A stretch of DNA of 63,589 nucleotides, filler included, from Octopus bimaculoides (GCF_001194135.2; 5 parts of 5 records of this genome joined end to end with filler, not necessarily neighbours in it), one strand, 5' to 3'; shown: positions 8,131 to 22,988, numbered from the whole stretch's first letter. Program-made: numbers and translations. The notes: generated by a model from the sequence alone, not told the origin.

Positions 8131-11100
8131 CTTTGTGTTTAGCTGCTGATGTTGGATCCCCATCAACAGTTTTCATTTCCTTTTGTACTTTGACAGCAGA
8201 GTGTCAGGTAACTGTCAGGAAGCATGCTATCTCTATATCTCTATGCTGCACTTTTAAGGCTACAATTACAGATGAACCTTTTCCTTTTCTGAGTGAACCT
8301 GATGTCTGACATCCTTCGTCTGAAAAGTAAGGAAAAAAACAAGTTAGGAGAAACTTAGTATTCTTGAAAGAGGAGTCTTCAACAAACTGATGCACGCTGT
8401 GTGTATGTAAGTAAGTACACACACACAAAATCACATATATGACACACATAACATCTCTACATTGTTGAAAATAAACTAAATACAAGGTAAGAAATTAGGG
8501 GAAGAACTTTGGTAGGTCTTCTTTTCACTAGAATCTTCCTCTAGCTCTAATGATGTATGAAATCAAATGTATACCTTTTGATCTGTAAGAAGAATGGCTC
8601 AGGAAATAACTGTTCTTTCAATTGCTTGATTAACCGATGAATTAATAAACTCATTAAGCATTTTACTACTCAAAGTCAATTGACTACACCAAGTGGCATC
8701 CCAATTACAGAAATATCAAGTTGCCTAGAATATTGTATACACAGGCATTGATTGTCAGAATTTCTTGTCTCTGCTTTGTTGTAAATCATGTTACATATAA
8801 AAATAAAAACAGTTTTCAGGTCTATTAAATGTTTCTCTTGTTTCTATGTTGTTTTACATTGCTTTACTTAATTCGTAGAAATGAAACAAAATATTAATTA
8901 TTCTGAGCATTGAACAACAGACCATGCACTGGTGCCACTATAATAATCATAGCTCTCTCTCTCTTCTTGTTCAGTTTGTAAGTTTTCACCTTGATGTTTC
9001 TCACCCAACTCACCTGGAACTTCTGTTTCCTTGAATTTCTGTGTATATACAGACGTTAGGGCCTGATTAAAACCCATAAAGACTCTAAACATGTAAAAGC
9101 TTTTCATTCTCCCAAATATATTTATTTAAAAATACAAACAATATAGACCATAAATTTCAATTCTTCAAAATGGGAAGACCTCCAATCATTCACTGATATT
9201 GGCCATCGCATAAAGTTGTAAATGTTTGTTCTACCAAACAAATTTCTGAAAATCCACAATTATCCATGAATGTTTTATAATAACAAATAAAAAGAATGGG
9301 CTGAACAAATCATTTTACAACTTCAACTGTAACATTATGTAAACCTCATAAGAGGAAAAGAGTTAACTCTAACAATACGTACTTGGACATAGTATTGCAA
9401 GAGAAAAACAGTGTGAGGAACAACGTTACCATGTTCTAATGCAAGAGGCTGCAAAATATTGCTTATTCTGGGTGTTAAAACAACGGATCATACACTAGGA
9501 ATGAAAGAAATTTAAAACAAGCAAAAACTACAACGATGGTGAAGTTTCTCTTAGTCTTTCTTCTAATGAGTCATTCGTTGAGAGTTCCTGGTTTCAAATG
9601 ACTTCACTACAATATTTTTTTCTCGTTTACACGACTCGACATTCCAGGAACTCACTTAAATTTCTTTTCGTTATCTGCTACCTGTATTTCTTCTGCCAGA
9701 ACATGAAATTATGGGAAGTCGTTGGTCGTACTTTTAAAGGTTCTTCTTCCAATGGTTGCGTCTGTTAACAAATGAGAGATCAACTAAAGCGTTTAATGTC
9801 AACACACCTGGCTAACGCAATGAAATGCTAATTGCGACGAGCGACTGACGTAACCCTCTCACCTGTGTGACTGAGAATGACGTGAATGGAAAACAGAGAT
9901 AAAGAGAGGGGGAAAGGAGCGGAGATAAAGAGAAAGGCAAAAGTTGATATAAAGAGAGTCCGAGGGGTAGTGAGAGTGAGAGAGAGAGAGAGAGAGAGAG
10001 GAAATGTGACAAGAGCTGGCCAGTAGGATTGGTGACAGGTAGAAACTAAAAGCAGAAGGATAGACAAACTTTAGAGAGAGAGAGCTTGCGTGCGCAAGAA
10101 GAAAGAGACAAAGGCATAGAAGTTGACAAAAGAGAGAGAGAGAGAAAATTGAGACATGTAAGACGAATGAACAGGTAGGAATTGGGGAGTAGAAAGGTAA
10201 ATAAGTAGAAGAAATAGAAATACAATTTACGGTGGAAAAAAGGACGTTAAGAGATAGATAGATAGTGGAGGAAGAGAAAGACTAAAAGAGATAGCAATTA
10301 GAACTTGAAGTGTGCCTCTGTGTGTATGTGGTGTGTGTATGTGTGTTTAGAGGGAGAGAGGTTTTATACACACGCAAATGCGTGTGTGTATCTCAAAGTA
10401 TCGAAGGGGAACGACAATAATATAATAAATTTGATGTTAATCTAGTCCAGATAACATTTGAAGCATGTTTGTTTATCAACGATTTCCAAATAACCATGAA
10501 GAACAATTTCCGTTTCTCTCTCTCTCTCTCTCTCTCTCTTCCTCACTCCCCTTTCTCCCCCCTCTCTCTCTCTTCATTCGTTTATCTATAAATTGAAATT
10601 CATGTGCTTTTTTTTAAAAATAAAACTCTATCTAGTTAGTACTCGCCCAAGCTGGAGCGATCATGTGAACATATGAGTTGATTTTGCTGTTATTAAGACA
10701 CAAGCTAGGTTTAACTGAGTTGACCTTAAGGCCAGAAAACATTTTAAAATCCCGTCTCTATGACTTTTATTTTAAGACGTCTGGGTGTGATTTGAGGAAA
10801 TTTTGACAGCGATTTCTAATGGACAAAGTATTCGAAGAGGGAGCAAATTAAATTTTGAACCCCCCCCCATCAAACAAGTGGGTGAGCCTATTGAAAAGAA
10901 GGACCGTAGGGGACATTGTTTAACTGACACGGGATCTCTTCATACATAGACAAATAGATATGTATACATCTAATTTAATACTTTACAAACCCATTTAAAA
11001 AGACATAAATGTATTCTTCATGTAAAAGAATAAATATTTCTTTTTATTTATAGAAGGGGAAGAGCGACTCATTATTCAATAGTACACACTTTGTAACTTT

Positions 11101-12037
11101 AACCGTCCAATCCCTCCCCTCTCTCTATTCATTGTGTCTGTGTGTATATATATATATATACACGCACGTACTTATATACATACACATGTATATAGACACA
11201 CCTTTCTATTCTTTGAATCCACAATAATAATACTTTTATGCGTGTGTGGGAGAAAGAGAGAGGGAGAGTGTGTTACGTACTGTTTGAATACCGTGGTAGA
11301 TGACTATGCAAACACACACACTCCACACTCGAGTACATTCCCTCCCACTCGCACTCATACTCCATTTCAAAATGGCTTCTATATCAACCCTGATCCAGCA
11401 AGTGGTTGCTGTCCTGTAAAAAAGAACTCACTTCAAACTTTTCCTGCACTTTCTTCTCCCGTCCATCTGCCCCACGATCGTTCTGCTCCATCATTCTTTT
11501 AATAATTTTACCTCTTCTTTCTATAATTATCCCTTTTAATCAACGATAACAACCACCCAGCACCTGCAAAGCAATCACTTCGGATTATTATTTTTTTAAT
11601 TTATTTTCTTTTCTACTTTTGCACATTTCCATTTCAATTACCTCCTTCCAAACGGATTAATTAATCAAGATGGACTTTTTTATGGCGATTTCTCAACCTC
11701 TAACGACTTTCTTATTATTGTTGTTTTGTAAGTATTTTTTTGCATTCAAAAATTGTTTCTAACCAATCTTAAACACTGTCCTTCTCTCTTTCTGACATAC
11801 ACATATATATGTATATAACCATATATGTATAAAATTAAGCAATGTTTTATTATTCAAAGTGTATACGAAGCAATATATATATATATATATATATATAATG
11901 TGTGTGTGTTTGTGTGTATTCTTTCTTTTATATATATACACGTGTGTCTATCTCCCCCTTCTCCCTCTCTCTCTATATATATACGTGTGTGTATATTCTT
12001 TCTTTTCTGTTTATATATATATATAAGATTTCTCCTA

Positions 12038-12072
<35 letters not shown>

Positions 12073-12551
12073 TACACGTGTGTCTCTATCTATCTCTCTG
12101 TCTATATATATACACACCCTCCTCTCTCTCTCTCTCTATATATATATATGTGTGTGTGTGTGTGTATATAATATACACACGTCATATATATATATACACA
12201 CGCCCACAACTCTTTCTCATATATGTGGTCATCTTTCGTTTTCACCTGTATATATATACACACACATACATACACACACACATACATACACACACACCTT
12301 TCCATCTACATACACACACGTCTCTCTCTCTCTCTCCCCTTTATGACACCACACCTTCTCACATATTTACTGTTTTATGTCATGTTCTGCCTCTCTTCTC
12401 TTCCGACCTCCAAAACTAGGACAAGATAACACAAGTCGGTCTGCTGAGAATTTAATCTCAAGTTTAAAATTATTTCTATCTCCGGGCAAAAAAGCTTTTA
12501 CGATGTTTTTTTTTCCACTTTAATTTTAAAATCTTTAAATGAACTTTAATT

Positions 12552-12583
<32 letters not shown>

Positions 12584-14417
12584 CACACACACTCAAATAC
12601 TCGCACACGTGAATTGAAGGAAAGAAACTTAGAAAAATATTCGGGTTTTGAAATGAGAAATATTACTTAAATAGTGAAATGGATCTCTGTCGTTGGACTT
12701 TGACAATTCTGTTGTTCAATCTACCGAATTTGCTGCTGAATTAATAACTAAGTGGTTGAGTATTCTATAGACATGTCTACCTTTTAACTTTTATTCTCAG
12801 GCAAAATTGGTGTGACTCAGTGGACGAGGCTGTACATTCTTAAAAATATAAATGCAATCCATAATAATCAACGGGCTTCAATACAATTTCCGTTTTCCCT
12901 GTTTCACTTACGCAATGTGGATCAACCCGAAGCGGAAAAAATGCCATTTATCTAAGATACCAGGATCTTGTTTCTATGTAGTCCCTGGGGCACAATTGCG
13001 GGTGGAGGTAAAGCATGCGTACACTACACGTTTTCGGCGTAACAAAAGCCCTAATCCTAATCCTAAACTCTAACCCTCACCCCTAAACACCGGGTGTACG
13101 TATTATTTACTTTTGCCTAATTGTATAGGTATTCCTTGTATAAGAGGGTCGGGTGAACTTTCGAAATTGCTGTCCCAAAAAAGAAAAAAAGTAGATACAT
13201 TTTTAATCATCTGTCTCCACCCGTGCCTTTGGAACTGCAAATAAAAATCATCATTTTAAAGGTGATTGCTGTTCCTAATGCACGATGCAGAGTAGAAGAA
13301 GACATTCAAAAACAATTCATGATTTAAATTTCTATTTTTAAGATTTCCCCCTTTTATTTTGAAATGTGTGGTGCTTAAAATGTCTGCAAAAACTCCAACC
13401 AAACAGAGGAATTCAAACTTGTGTGACCACCATTCCGATAGTCCCGCCGTTATATCTAGGCTTCCCTTTTTCTTATTTAAAATGTCAGGATGTAAATAGA
13501 GAAGAAACCGCCACTGTCTTTCCAGCTGTGACCATCGCGGTCTTTTGTTTATTTTTTAAAGGGTAGCTAGATATGGGCGAATGGTTTGTAGAATCGTCAG
13601 AGCGTCGGACAAAAATGCTTAGCGTTATTTAATTGCTGTCTTTTAAATTCTGGGTTCGTTTCTTGCCAAATACAACTATACTTTTGCATCCTTCCGAACT
13701 CGATAAAATAAAATGCCACTCTAGTGCTGGGATCCATTTGTGTTCCGAATAAAGTACCCTAGATGTGAACGGACTTATGAGAGAAGACACAACCTTATCT
13801 AACGTACCCACCCCCTTTATTTTTGTTTTTGTTTTTTAACACAGTGGGGGTAATTTGAAAGATATTTGCTCCCATTTCTAGGAACTGCCAAGCTGTAACA
13901 TAGACGTTCCTTCGTATCTGCAATTGATACGCATACACACACATACACACGCTTTTACACTCGCATTAATGTAGGTTTGTCGTGACTTCATCTGTTTCAG
14001 ACACACATCTCTGAGTGATGAAACCGAGGAGGTAGAAGGGAAATAACAAGTACCAGATGGCAGATTGATAGTATGTAGTTGGATAGAGAAAACTAGGGTT
14101 CCTTCTACGTTGTTGTGAGATGTAGCCGCCTAGTTCGTCTCAGATCACACTGTGTCGCCATAAAACGGAAGAAAGATACATAGAAATATGTAGTTTGTGA
14201 TAGACTAAAAGTTGTCAGGATCATGGCGGGAACATCTTTCCCTGAAGGGGATCTGGGCCTATTTACGGTGAAACAAGCAACATGTAGACATACAGATACA
14301 AGTATAGCTGTGTGATTCTGAAGAAGACTGGCAGTTGCCCATCTTTGACCACAACGCCCATGCGTGCACCTTAAATGGAAGATGCTTATTGCTCCTAAGT
14401 TTCCTTAGCAGTTACCT

Positions 14418-15000
14418 ATCATCATCGTTTCATCATCGTTTAACGTCCGCTTTCCATGCTAGCATGGGTTGGACGATTGACTGAGGACTGGTGAAACCAG
14501 ATGGCTACACCAGGCTCCAATCTGATTGGGCAGAGTTTCTACAGCTGGATGCCCTTCCTAACGCCAACCACTTCGAAAGTGTAGTGGGTGCTTTTACGTG
14601 TCACCGGCACGAAGGCCAGTCAGGTGGTACTGGCAACGGCCACGCTCAAAATGGTGTATTTTACATGCCACCTGCACAGGAGCCAGTCCAGGGGCACTGG
14701 CACGATCTTGCTCGAATGTCTTTACATATGCCACCGGCACAAGTGCCAGGAAGGCACAGGTGCCATCATATATATATCATCATCATCATCATCATCATCG
14801 TTTAACGTCCGCTTTCCATGCTAGCATGGGTTGGACGATTTGACTGAGGACTGGTGAAACCGGATGGCAACACCAGGCTCCAGTCTGATTTGGCAGAGTT
14901 TCTACAGCTGGATGCTTTTCCTAACGCCAACCCCTCAGAGAGTGTAGTGGGTGCTTTTACGTGTCACCCGCACGAAAACGGCCACCCTCGAAATGGTGTC
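14418..15000 (-). mobile_element. Two tandem copies of an RTE-tail repeat ending in (GAT)n (family D)
   Basis: 14418-~14768 and 14776-15000 are near-identical (catcatcgtttaacgtccgctttccatgctagcatgggttggacg...). The same family occurs at 21140-21330, 42806-42975, 45140-45322, 57305-57475 and 58355-58730. Confidence 0.8.
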
Positions 15001-16159
15001 NNNNNNNNNNNNNNNNNNNNNNNNNNNNNNNNNNNNNNNNNNNNNNNNNNNNNNNNNNNNNNNNNNNNNNNNNNNNNNNNNNNNNNNNNNNNNNNNNNNN
15101 NNNNNNNNNNNNNNNNNNNNNNNNNNNNNNNNNNNNNNNNNNNNNNNNNNNNNNNNNNNNNNNNNNNNNNNNNNNNNNNNNNNNNNNNNNNNNNNNNNNN
15201 NNNNNNNNNNNNNNNNNNNNNNNNNNNNNNNNNNNNNNNNNNNNNNNNNNNNNNNNNNNNNNNNNNNNNNNNNNNNNNNNNNNNNNNNNNNNNNNNNNNN
15301 NNNNNNNNNNNNNNNNNNNNNNNNNNNNNNNNNNNNNNNNNNNNNNNNNNNNNNNNNNNNNNNNNNNNNNNNNNNNNNNNNNNNNNNNNNNNNNNNNNNN
15401 NNNNNNNNNNNNNNNNNNNNNNNNNNNNNNNNNNNNNNNNNNNNNNNNNNNNNNNNNNNNNNNNNNNNNNNNNNNNNNNNNNNNNNNNNATATACATATA
15501 TATATATATGTATGTATGTATATGATGGACTCTTCTGTTGTTAGATGACGTATGAGGGTCCAACAGTTTATTGTACAACCACCCAGATGATTTGTTTATA
15601 GTGATCATATGCTTGTGTACACATAAGCTCACTCTGGCCGTCAAATCAACATTACCTGTACAGGTGCAACAGGTGCTACATGTCAGATGATGAAATAATC
15701 AAAGAGCAACGTGAAGTGACGTGCTTTGCTCAAGAACACAACACAACACCCGGTCTAGGAATTGAACCCACGATCTCACTGTTGTGGGTGCCAGCACCCT
15801 AACCACTGAGCCATGCACCTATGTATGTATGTATGTATGTGTGTGTTACTATCTCCTTTGTTTGATGTGCAATGGTTGTGAGTGCCACTATAATGCAGGC
15901 AGTGTCCTTTGTTTCCAATCATCTTCGATGTCTGATCATGGAGTGAATGTTATTTTGCTTGGGAACAGGTGAGGGTTGGTGACAGCAAGGGCATCCAACT
16001 GCAGAAATTCTGTCAACAAATTGTCTGACCCATGGAATCATGGAAGAATAGACATAAATTGAGAACAATTATATTGGGTTTTAACAAAAGTCTGTACCAT
16101 TTTCTAACTTTATTCAACCATGTGAAAAGCACCCACTGCACTCTTGGAGTGGTTGGCAT

Positions 16160-16245
16160 TAGGAAGGGCATCCAACCATAGAAACTAAGTTATGGGGACA
16201 TAAACACACCATCACTGGTTGTCAAGCAGTGGGGTAGGAGGACAA

Positions 16246-16279
<34 letters not shown>

Positions 16280-16445
16280 GTGTGTGGCAGTCTTCTTTTA
16301 GTTTCCATCTACTAAATCCACTCAGAAATTATAGCTTTGGTCCAAAACTATAATAGAGGACACTTGCCTAAGGTGCCACATAGTGGGACTGATCCCAGAA
16401 CCCTAAGGTTTGGGAAGCAAGCTTCTTACCACATAGCCTTACCTG
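16160..16445 (-). mobile_element. tRNA-derived SINE family A, diverged copy
   Basis: Aligns by eye to the reverse complement of 54971-55350. Confidence 0.7.
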
Positions 16446-18990
16446 CTCCAAGTTAGAGCAAATGTCACAAGTCCTTTCCTTTGTCACTCTGATATTTCCA
16501 TTAGTCCATTGCCCTGGAAAGAGACTTTATTTCATAACCAAGGAATGATTAATGCTAAACTCGACTTTGGATTTGAAGTCAGAATGCTGGAATTGCAGAA
16601 TATTTTGTCCACACTTCAATTTGCTGCATAATATGTTACAATTCAGCTTTTGATGTGTTTTCTGCTGAAAGGGTCACAGAAGAATGGTGTATTTCTGTTG
16701 TAACATTTGTAGTATTAAATAGTCAGAGTGTAGAGTGGTCTGTTCTGTTGTGTAGAAAGAGCTGTTCTTCAAACAGTAATGTATATAAACAGCAAGATTG
16801 TAAAGCAACAGTGATAAATATATAGTAAACCATCTTATCTATGCATCAACATATGTAGACAATGTTGCTAGTGATTAGGTATGCCTGTTGATATAGCAGC
16901 ACACTAATTGCTGATTGATTTATAAGAATCTTATTAATTCACGAATCAATTAAAAACCACATCTGCAACTTTGTCACCACTACACTGCCATATGTAGCTC
17001 ATCTGTTTTCAGGGAGACATTCACTAGCATTCTCCCTAGTTCTGTGATATGAACCATTTTAAAAAGGTCTTAATTGAAAGCCTTCTGTCAAAATTCCATG
17101 TTAATTCATATTTTAAACACCAGATGAATAATAGCAAAGTTATTTTACTAAATTCTTTCATTTTCAAAATGATAAATAATTGAAATTAAATTAGTCGGAA
17201 ATTGAACCCACAATCTAGTAATTGTGAGTGCAATACCCTAACCGCTAAGCCATGCATCTTCACACACACACACACATTTTACTTGTTTCAGTTGTTTGAC
17301 TGTGGCCATGCTGGAGCACTGCCTTTAAGGGTTTTAGTCAAACAAATCAACCTTAAAACTTATTTTTTAAAGCCTAGTACTTTTTTTTTCTCCTCTTTTT
17401 TTACATCCTGAAAGAATGAAAGGCAAAGTCAACCTCAGTAGAATTTGAACTCAGAACATAAAGACAGACCAAATTCCATTAAGCATTTTGTCCAGTGTGC
17501 CAACAATTCTCTATAATAATAATAATCCTTTTCTACTCTAAGCACAAAGCTTGAAATTTTGGGGAGAGAGATAATCGATTACATCGACCCCAGTGTTCAA
17601 CCGATACTTATTTCATCTATGCCGAAAGGATGATAGGCAAAGTCTACCTTGGTGGAATTTGAACTCAGAATGTAGCAATGGGTGAAATACCCAACTAACT
17701 CCCTTATCACAAATTTCATGCCTTATGCTGATAGCAGAAAGGATTATATACTTGGTGAGAATTCTTGAAAATCTTATTCCAAAATTTGGTATACAAGTGG
17801 AATGAAAAGTGCTTAGAAATGTCAATGCTTTCTTCCTCTAAATTTTGCAATTTGACTGTAATAGTTTGGTATGCAAGGATTGAAAAGTTTCTGCTTCAGT
17901 ATACTTTCATTTGAACCGCGCTAGCATTGAAATATAGGCTATAAAATGATGAGGATCTTTTTGAGGTATGGGGGTATTTATTTTGAAATTCCTCTCCACC
18001 TTGGAAGTAGAAAAAGAATTGTTGACGGCAAGATTTGAACTCAGAACGTAAAGAGTCATAACCAGAAAGTGCTTTGTCCCATGGTTTTCCAAATTGTGCC
18101 AGCTACTTATTAACTGTAGATGTTTATTTTCCTTTCAAGAGTGTATTTGTGTGTACACAAGTCAAACAGGTGGTCGCCATAAAAGAAATGACTGTAGAAG
18201 ATGGTAGGAGGTGAAGGAGGAGGCAAATGCAAGAGATATGGCGGAGGGTAAGGAAGAGGTAAAGGACAGAAGAATACATAATATGAGGGAGGGGAGGGCA
18301 GCGGTAAGAGATAGAAAAGACTACAGAAACGAGAAGAGGTGAAGGACAGCAGATACTTGAGACGGAATAAAAGAGGGAGTGGGGCAGAAGACAAAAGATA
18401 GAGGAAGGAAGGTGAGGGAGAGAGAACTCAGGGTAGATACTTGAGAAGGGGGTAGGGGAGGAAGAGCAAATTGAAGAAAATGTGAGTGAGGGAAAGCAAG
18501 AGGTAAAAGATAACGAGACTACTTAAGAAGTGATAGGAGACTGAGTGACGGGGAAGGAAGTGATGAGCAGCAGATACATGGGAGTAAGAGTAGGAGGAAG
18601 GGCAAAGTCAAGAAAATGTGAGTGAGGGAAAGCAAGAGGTGAAGGGAATATATGGGAACTTTAGTGAGAGAGAGAGAGAGAATAAGGACTGTATAGAGAG
18701 AGTGAGTGTATGAGAAACACTTCGAGAAGGTTAAGGTTAAGTGTCAATCTACCTGCTGGCAATACAAAGTAGGACATTGGTGATTATAGTGGAGAATGTA
18801 ATTAATCGCCATAGAACGAAATAGGGGGGAAAGGGGGTGGAAGTAATTTTTGTTTGTGTGAAAAACATTCTCTTAGAATAGCTTTTTACACTGCAGAAAC
18901 TATTTGTCACTCGGTCCTTAGCTAGCTCACCATCTGTTTATCTATCTTTTTATGTCTATCTTATCTCAGTCTCTATTTATCTACCTAAGT

Positions 18991-19336
18991 GGAGGCGCAA
19001 TGGCCCAGTGGTTAAGGCAGCGGACTCGCGGTCAAAGGATCGCGGTTTCCATTCCCAGACCGGGCGTTGTGAGTGTTTATTGAGCGAAAACACCTAAAAG
19101 CTCCATGAGGCTCCGGCAGGGGATGGTGGCGAACCCTGCTGTACTCTTCCACCACAACTTTCTCTCACTCTTTCTTCCTGTTTCTGTTGTGCCTGTAATT
19201 CAAAGGGTCAGCCTTGTCACACTCTTTGTCACATTGAATATCCCCGAGAACTACGTTAAAGGTACACGTGTCTGTGGAGTGCTCAGCCACTTGCACGTTA
19301 ATTTCACGAGCAGGCTATTCCGTTGATCGGATCAAC
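18991..19336 (+). mobile_element. tRNA-derived SINE family B
   Basis: GGAGGCGCAATGGCCCAGTGG head with A-box and B-box-like GGTTTCCATTCCC. The shared body (AACTACGTTAA..GGTACACGTGTCTGTGGAGTGCTCAGCC) recurs at 22687, 30719, 62588 and 48190 (rev). Confidence 0.85.
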
Positions 19337-19565
19337 NNNNNNNNNNNNNNNNNNNNNNNNNNNNNNNNNNNNNNNNNNNNNNNNNNNNNNNNNNNNNNNN
19401 NNNNNNNNNNNNNNNNNNNNNNNNNNNNNNNNNNNNNNNNNNNNNNNNNNNNNNNNNNNNNNNNNNNNNNNNNNNNNNNNNNNNNNNNNNNNNNNNNNNN
19501 NNNNNNNNNNNNNNNNNNNNNNNNNNNNNNNNNNNNNNNNNNNNNNNNNNNNNNNNNNNNNNNNN

Positions 19566-19640
<75 letters not shown>

Positions 19641-19784
19641 GAACTGAGAACTTGTACATAGCTAAGTTATGTTGACAATATCAATTTCTTCATGAATTGT
19701 AACTTTGTCTTTGAGTGAGTGCTATTAGATAAATAAGGGATATCTAAGGAAATTAAATGTCACTTATCAGAAAAATTGCACAAA

Positions 19785-20127
19785 GGCAAAGGTGTGGCTG
19801 TGTGATAAATAGTTTGCCTCCCAACCACATTGCTTCAAGTTCAGTCCTATTGCATAACACCATGGGCAAGCGTCTTTTATGATAGCCCTGAGCCAACCAA
19901 AACCTTGTGAGTGGACTTAGTTGATGGAAACTGAAAGAAGCCTATAATTTGTTTGTGTGTGTATGTATATGTGTGTTTGTCACCCATTGCTTGACAATTG
20001 GTGTTGATTTGTTTATACAATTTTAACTTGGCATTCCAGCAGGCTTTAAATAGGCCCTAGGGTTGATTTGTTTCAAGTGGTGCCCTTGATTTTCCACAGT
20101 CCAGTGACTGAAACAAGAAAAGATTAA
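19785..20127 (+). mobile_element. tRNA-derived SINE family A, diverged copy
   Basis: Head GTGGCTGTGTG...TTCAGTCC, body and CAGTGACTGAAACAAG tail as in 54971-55350. Confidence 0.75.
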
Positions 20128-21485
20128 ATGATAAAGTAGGAAATAAAAGTGCAAATATTATTTAGACTAGTAGAAAACCATCCAGAAGGCAGTGTTTCTG
20201 CTAGTTCTATAAATGATGACATGTCATAATAGATTTGAAAGCTTGCAAGGCATAGATTTATTTAACTTTCTAAAAAGAAAAAGAAAAACTTCCCAAAAAC
20301 ATCACATTGCATCTTATAAACATGAAGTCAGGGTTTGAATTATCAAATGGTGAATCAAGTGTGTAGCAGTTCTCCATACTCTGGGTGACAAGCGATCTCT
20401 CTTACGAAACTGTTTATTAGTAAGTACATTCTACTGTAAGAAACACATATCTATCGTACTTACTGCATGTGAAATAATAAACCAGTCAGGCGGAAAATTT
20501 AGTGACAATGTGTGTGACTATAGACATGCAAAGAAACTAGCAACTGGTTTTCAAAACAAATAATTCTCTTCCAAAACTTTCAAAAGCCAGACCCAGTCAG
20601 TCATTTTCTAAGTTCAAATATTCTACACAGATGAATCATTTCATATAATGTGAACAAAGAAAGGAGGATAACTTGAAAAAATAAGGTATTATTGCCATAA
20701 TAATAATAATAATAATGGAGATTTTCAATATAATATGATATAATACTGACTAATAATCTAATAAATTGAATCATTGTAAACTGAGATGAACCCTCCACTT
20801 TTCTCTCCCACCCTCTTTACATGAAGGCCAAATTATAGAATTGCCAAAATGAGTAGTCATATTTTATGGTTGCTTTATACATAAAATTCTATAACCTGAA
20901 GTAGCCATAATGCAGGAATTGCATTTATGCATGTGTGTGTTCCCTATCTCCAGTTATCTATCACACAATTTTCACTCTGTGCACTTCCTCTTCTGTCTCA
21001 TATTCGCTTGGTACCCACATCTCACATTTCTTTCTTTCCAGGTGGCCAAGCCATGTATCACCTCTTCAGCAAGACACCCGCTCCTCTCTCTCCATCATAG
21101 TTTCTTATTCCTCTAAATTGAGGGGTCTTATTTTGCTGTAGTTGGCAACCTCACCTAAAAGGCACTCAGTACACTCTGTTAAGTGGTTGGCATTAGGAAG
21201 GGCGTCCAAATGTAGAAACCATGCCAAAGCAGACATAGAACTTGGCAGAAACCTCTGGCTCATCTGTTCTTGTCAAATTGTCCAACCCATCCCAGCATGA
21301 GAAAAGGACATTAAATGATGATAATGATGAGAAGATGCCTGGCCTAGTGGTTAAGGGTCACAAGATCAGAGTTTCAATTCCTAGACTGAGTGGCGCATTG
21401 TGTTCTTGAGCAAAACACTTCATTTCATGTTGTTCTGCAATCATTTCAATATCTGATGAGTGATATGCTTTTACAACTGTACAGC

Positions 21486-21526
<41 letters not shown>

Positions 21527-22686
21527 GAGTATGTTGGAAGAGTTTTCTACAGCCAGTATAGCTTTTTGTCACCAACCCACTCTTGTCCCAAGTGAGGTAA
21601 TAATCTCCCTGTCTATCAAACAACAATCGGCTGGAGTCACTTTCAGGGTGGACTACTAGCATGCGATGCTATCAGTGAAGCCATTGTTTGGATGTCAATG
21701 AGGGAAGCACACAAGAAGATACAAGAGAAATATGAAAACAGTGATACATGCACACAACTTGTGTGTTTGTGTATGAGTTCATATGTATATCTACACACAT
21801 AATCAGTGTCCCCCCAAAAATGAATACACACTTTGAATGCTGATGACTTAATTTTTATTTCATTTTATTAGATACTGATTTTTATAATCATCCAATCTGT
21901 ATATTCATTCTGAGGGTGGGATAACCTACATATATGCATATACAGCAGGTTTCTTTCAGTTTCCATCTACCAACTCCACTAAGAAGGCTTTGGTCAGCCT
22001 GGGGATTGAATAGAAGACATTCATTCAAGGTGTCATGCAGTGGGACTGAACTTGGAATCATGTGGCTCTTTACCACACACTCATACCTCCTACATGTGTG
22101 TGTGTGTGTGTATCTGTATATGTGTTTGTGTGTATATATACAGGATTTCCCAAACAATGTGTGCACACATTGAATAATAATATACTGTTTATTTAAATAC
22201 ATTTCAAATTTAATAGAATCTACAGACAGAATTTAATTTTTTTATAAACACCTGTTTTCAAACTGATGACCATTCCAGGCACCACTCATAACATGGAATT
22301 GAAGACATCAAGTAATATTTTGTTCTGTATTTGTACACATTCTCGATAACCCTCAGTTTGTTGACTGTTGCCAGTATTGTACAGTAAACTTTTAATTATC
22401 CCCATAAAAAGAAGTCTAAAAATGTGAGGCCCAGTGAATGTGGATGGTATTTTACTGAACCTCTTAATCCTATCCACCTGTTGGGCAAAATCTCATCAAG
22501 GTAGGCCCTTGCATTACTATGGTAGTGTGTTGGTGCCCCCATCTTGCTGGAAGTAAAACTCCATATCCTCAAAAACCTCTTGAATGTTTGGCATGACAGG
22601 TTGTCACAACAAAGTAGATGGGACCAATCACAGTACCATCCAAAAAGAATGGTTCAGTTAATCCTTTTGTATATGTACACATATGT

Positions 22687-22988
22687 GGAGGCGCAATGGC
22701 CCAGTGGTTAAGGCAGTGGACTTGTGGTCATAGGATCGCGGTTTCGATTTAAAGACTGGGCATTGTGAGTGTTTATTGAGCGAAAACACCTAAAGCTCCA
22801 CAAGGCTGTGGCAGGGGGTGGTGGCAAACTTTCTCACCACAACTTTCTCTCACACTGTCTTCCTGTTTCTGTTGTACCTGTAATTCAAAGGGGCCAGCCT
22901 TGTCACACTCTGTGTCACACTGAATCTCCCCGAGAACTACGTTAAGGGTACACGTGTCTGTGGAGTGCTCAGCCACTTACATGTTAAT
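22687..22988 (+). mobile_element. tRNA-derived SINE family B, 3'-truncated
   Basis: Homologous to 18991-19336 and 30719-31078. Confidence 0.85.

Noticed and set aside
12679-12744. Short ORF MDLCRWTLTILLFNLPNLLLN* as a leader exon
   Set aside because: There is no phase-1 GT donor before the stop.
14481-14500. CTGAGGA...GAAAC hammerhead-like core in the family D repeat
   Set aside because: Only 5 nt (CTGGT) separate the core halves, so stem II cannot form, and there are no stems I or III.
22293-22375. Signal-peptide-like hydrophobic stretch (VLYLYTFSITLSLLTVA) upstream of the Ig1 exon
   Set aside because: The ATG at 22293 is in another frame that stops after 18 codons, and the hydrophobic frame has a stop just upstream and no ATG. 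It would need a frameshift error. The leader exon of copy 2 remains unidentified.
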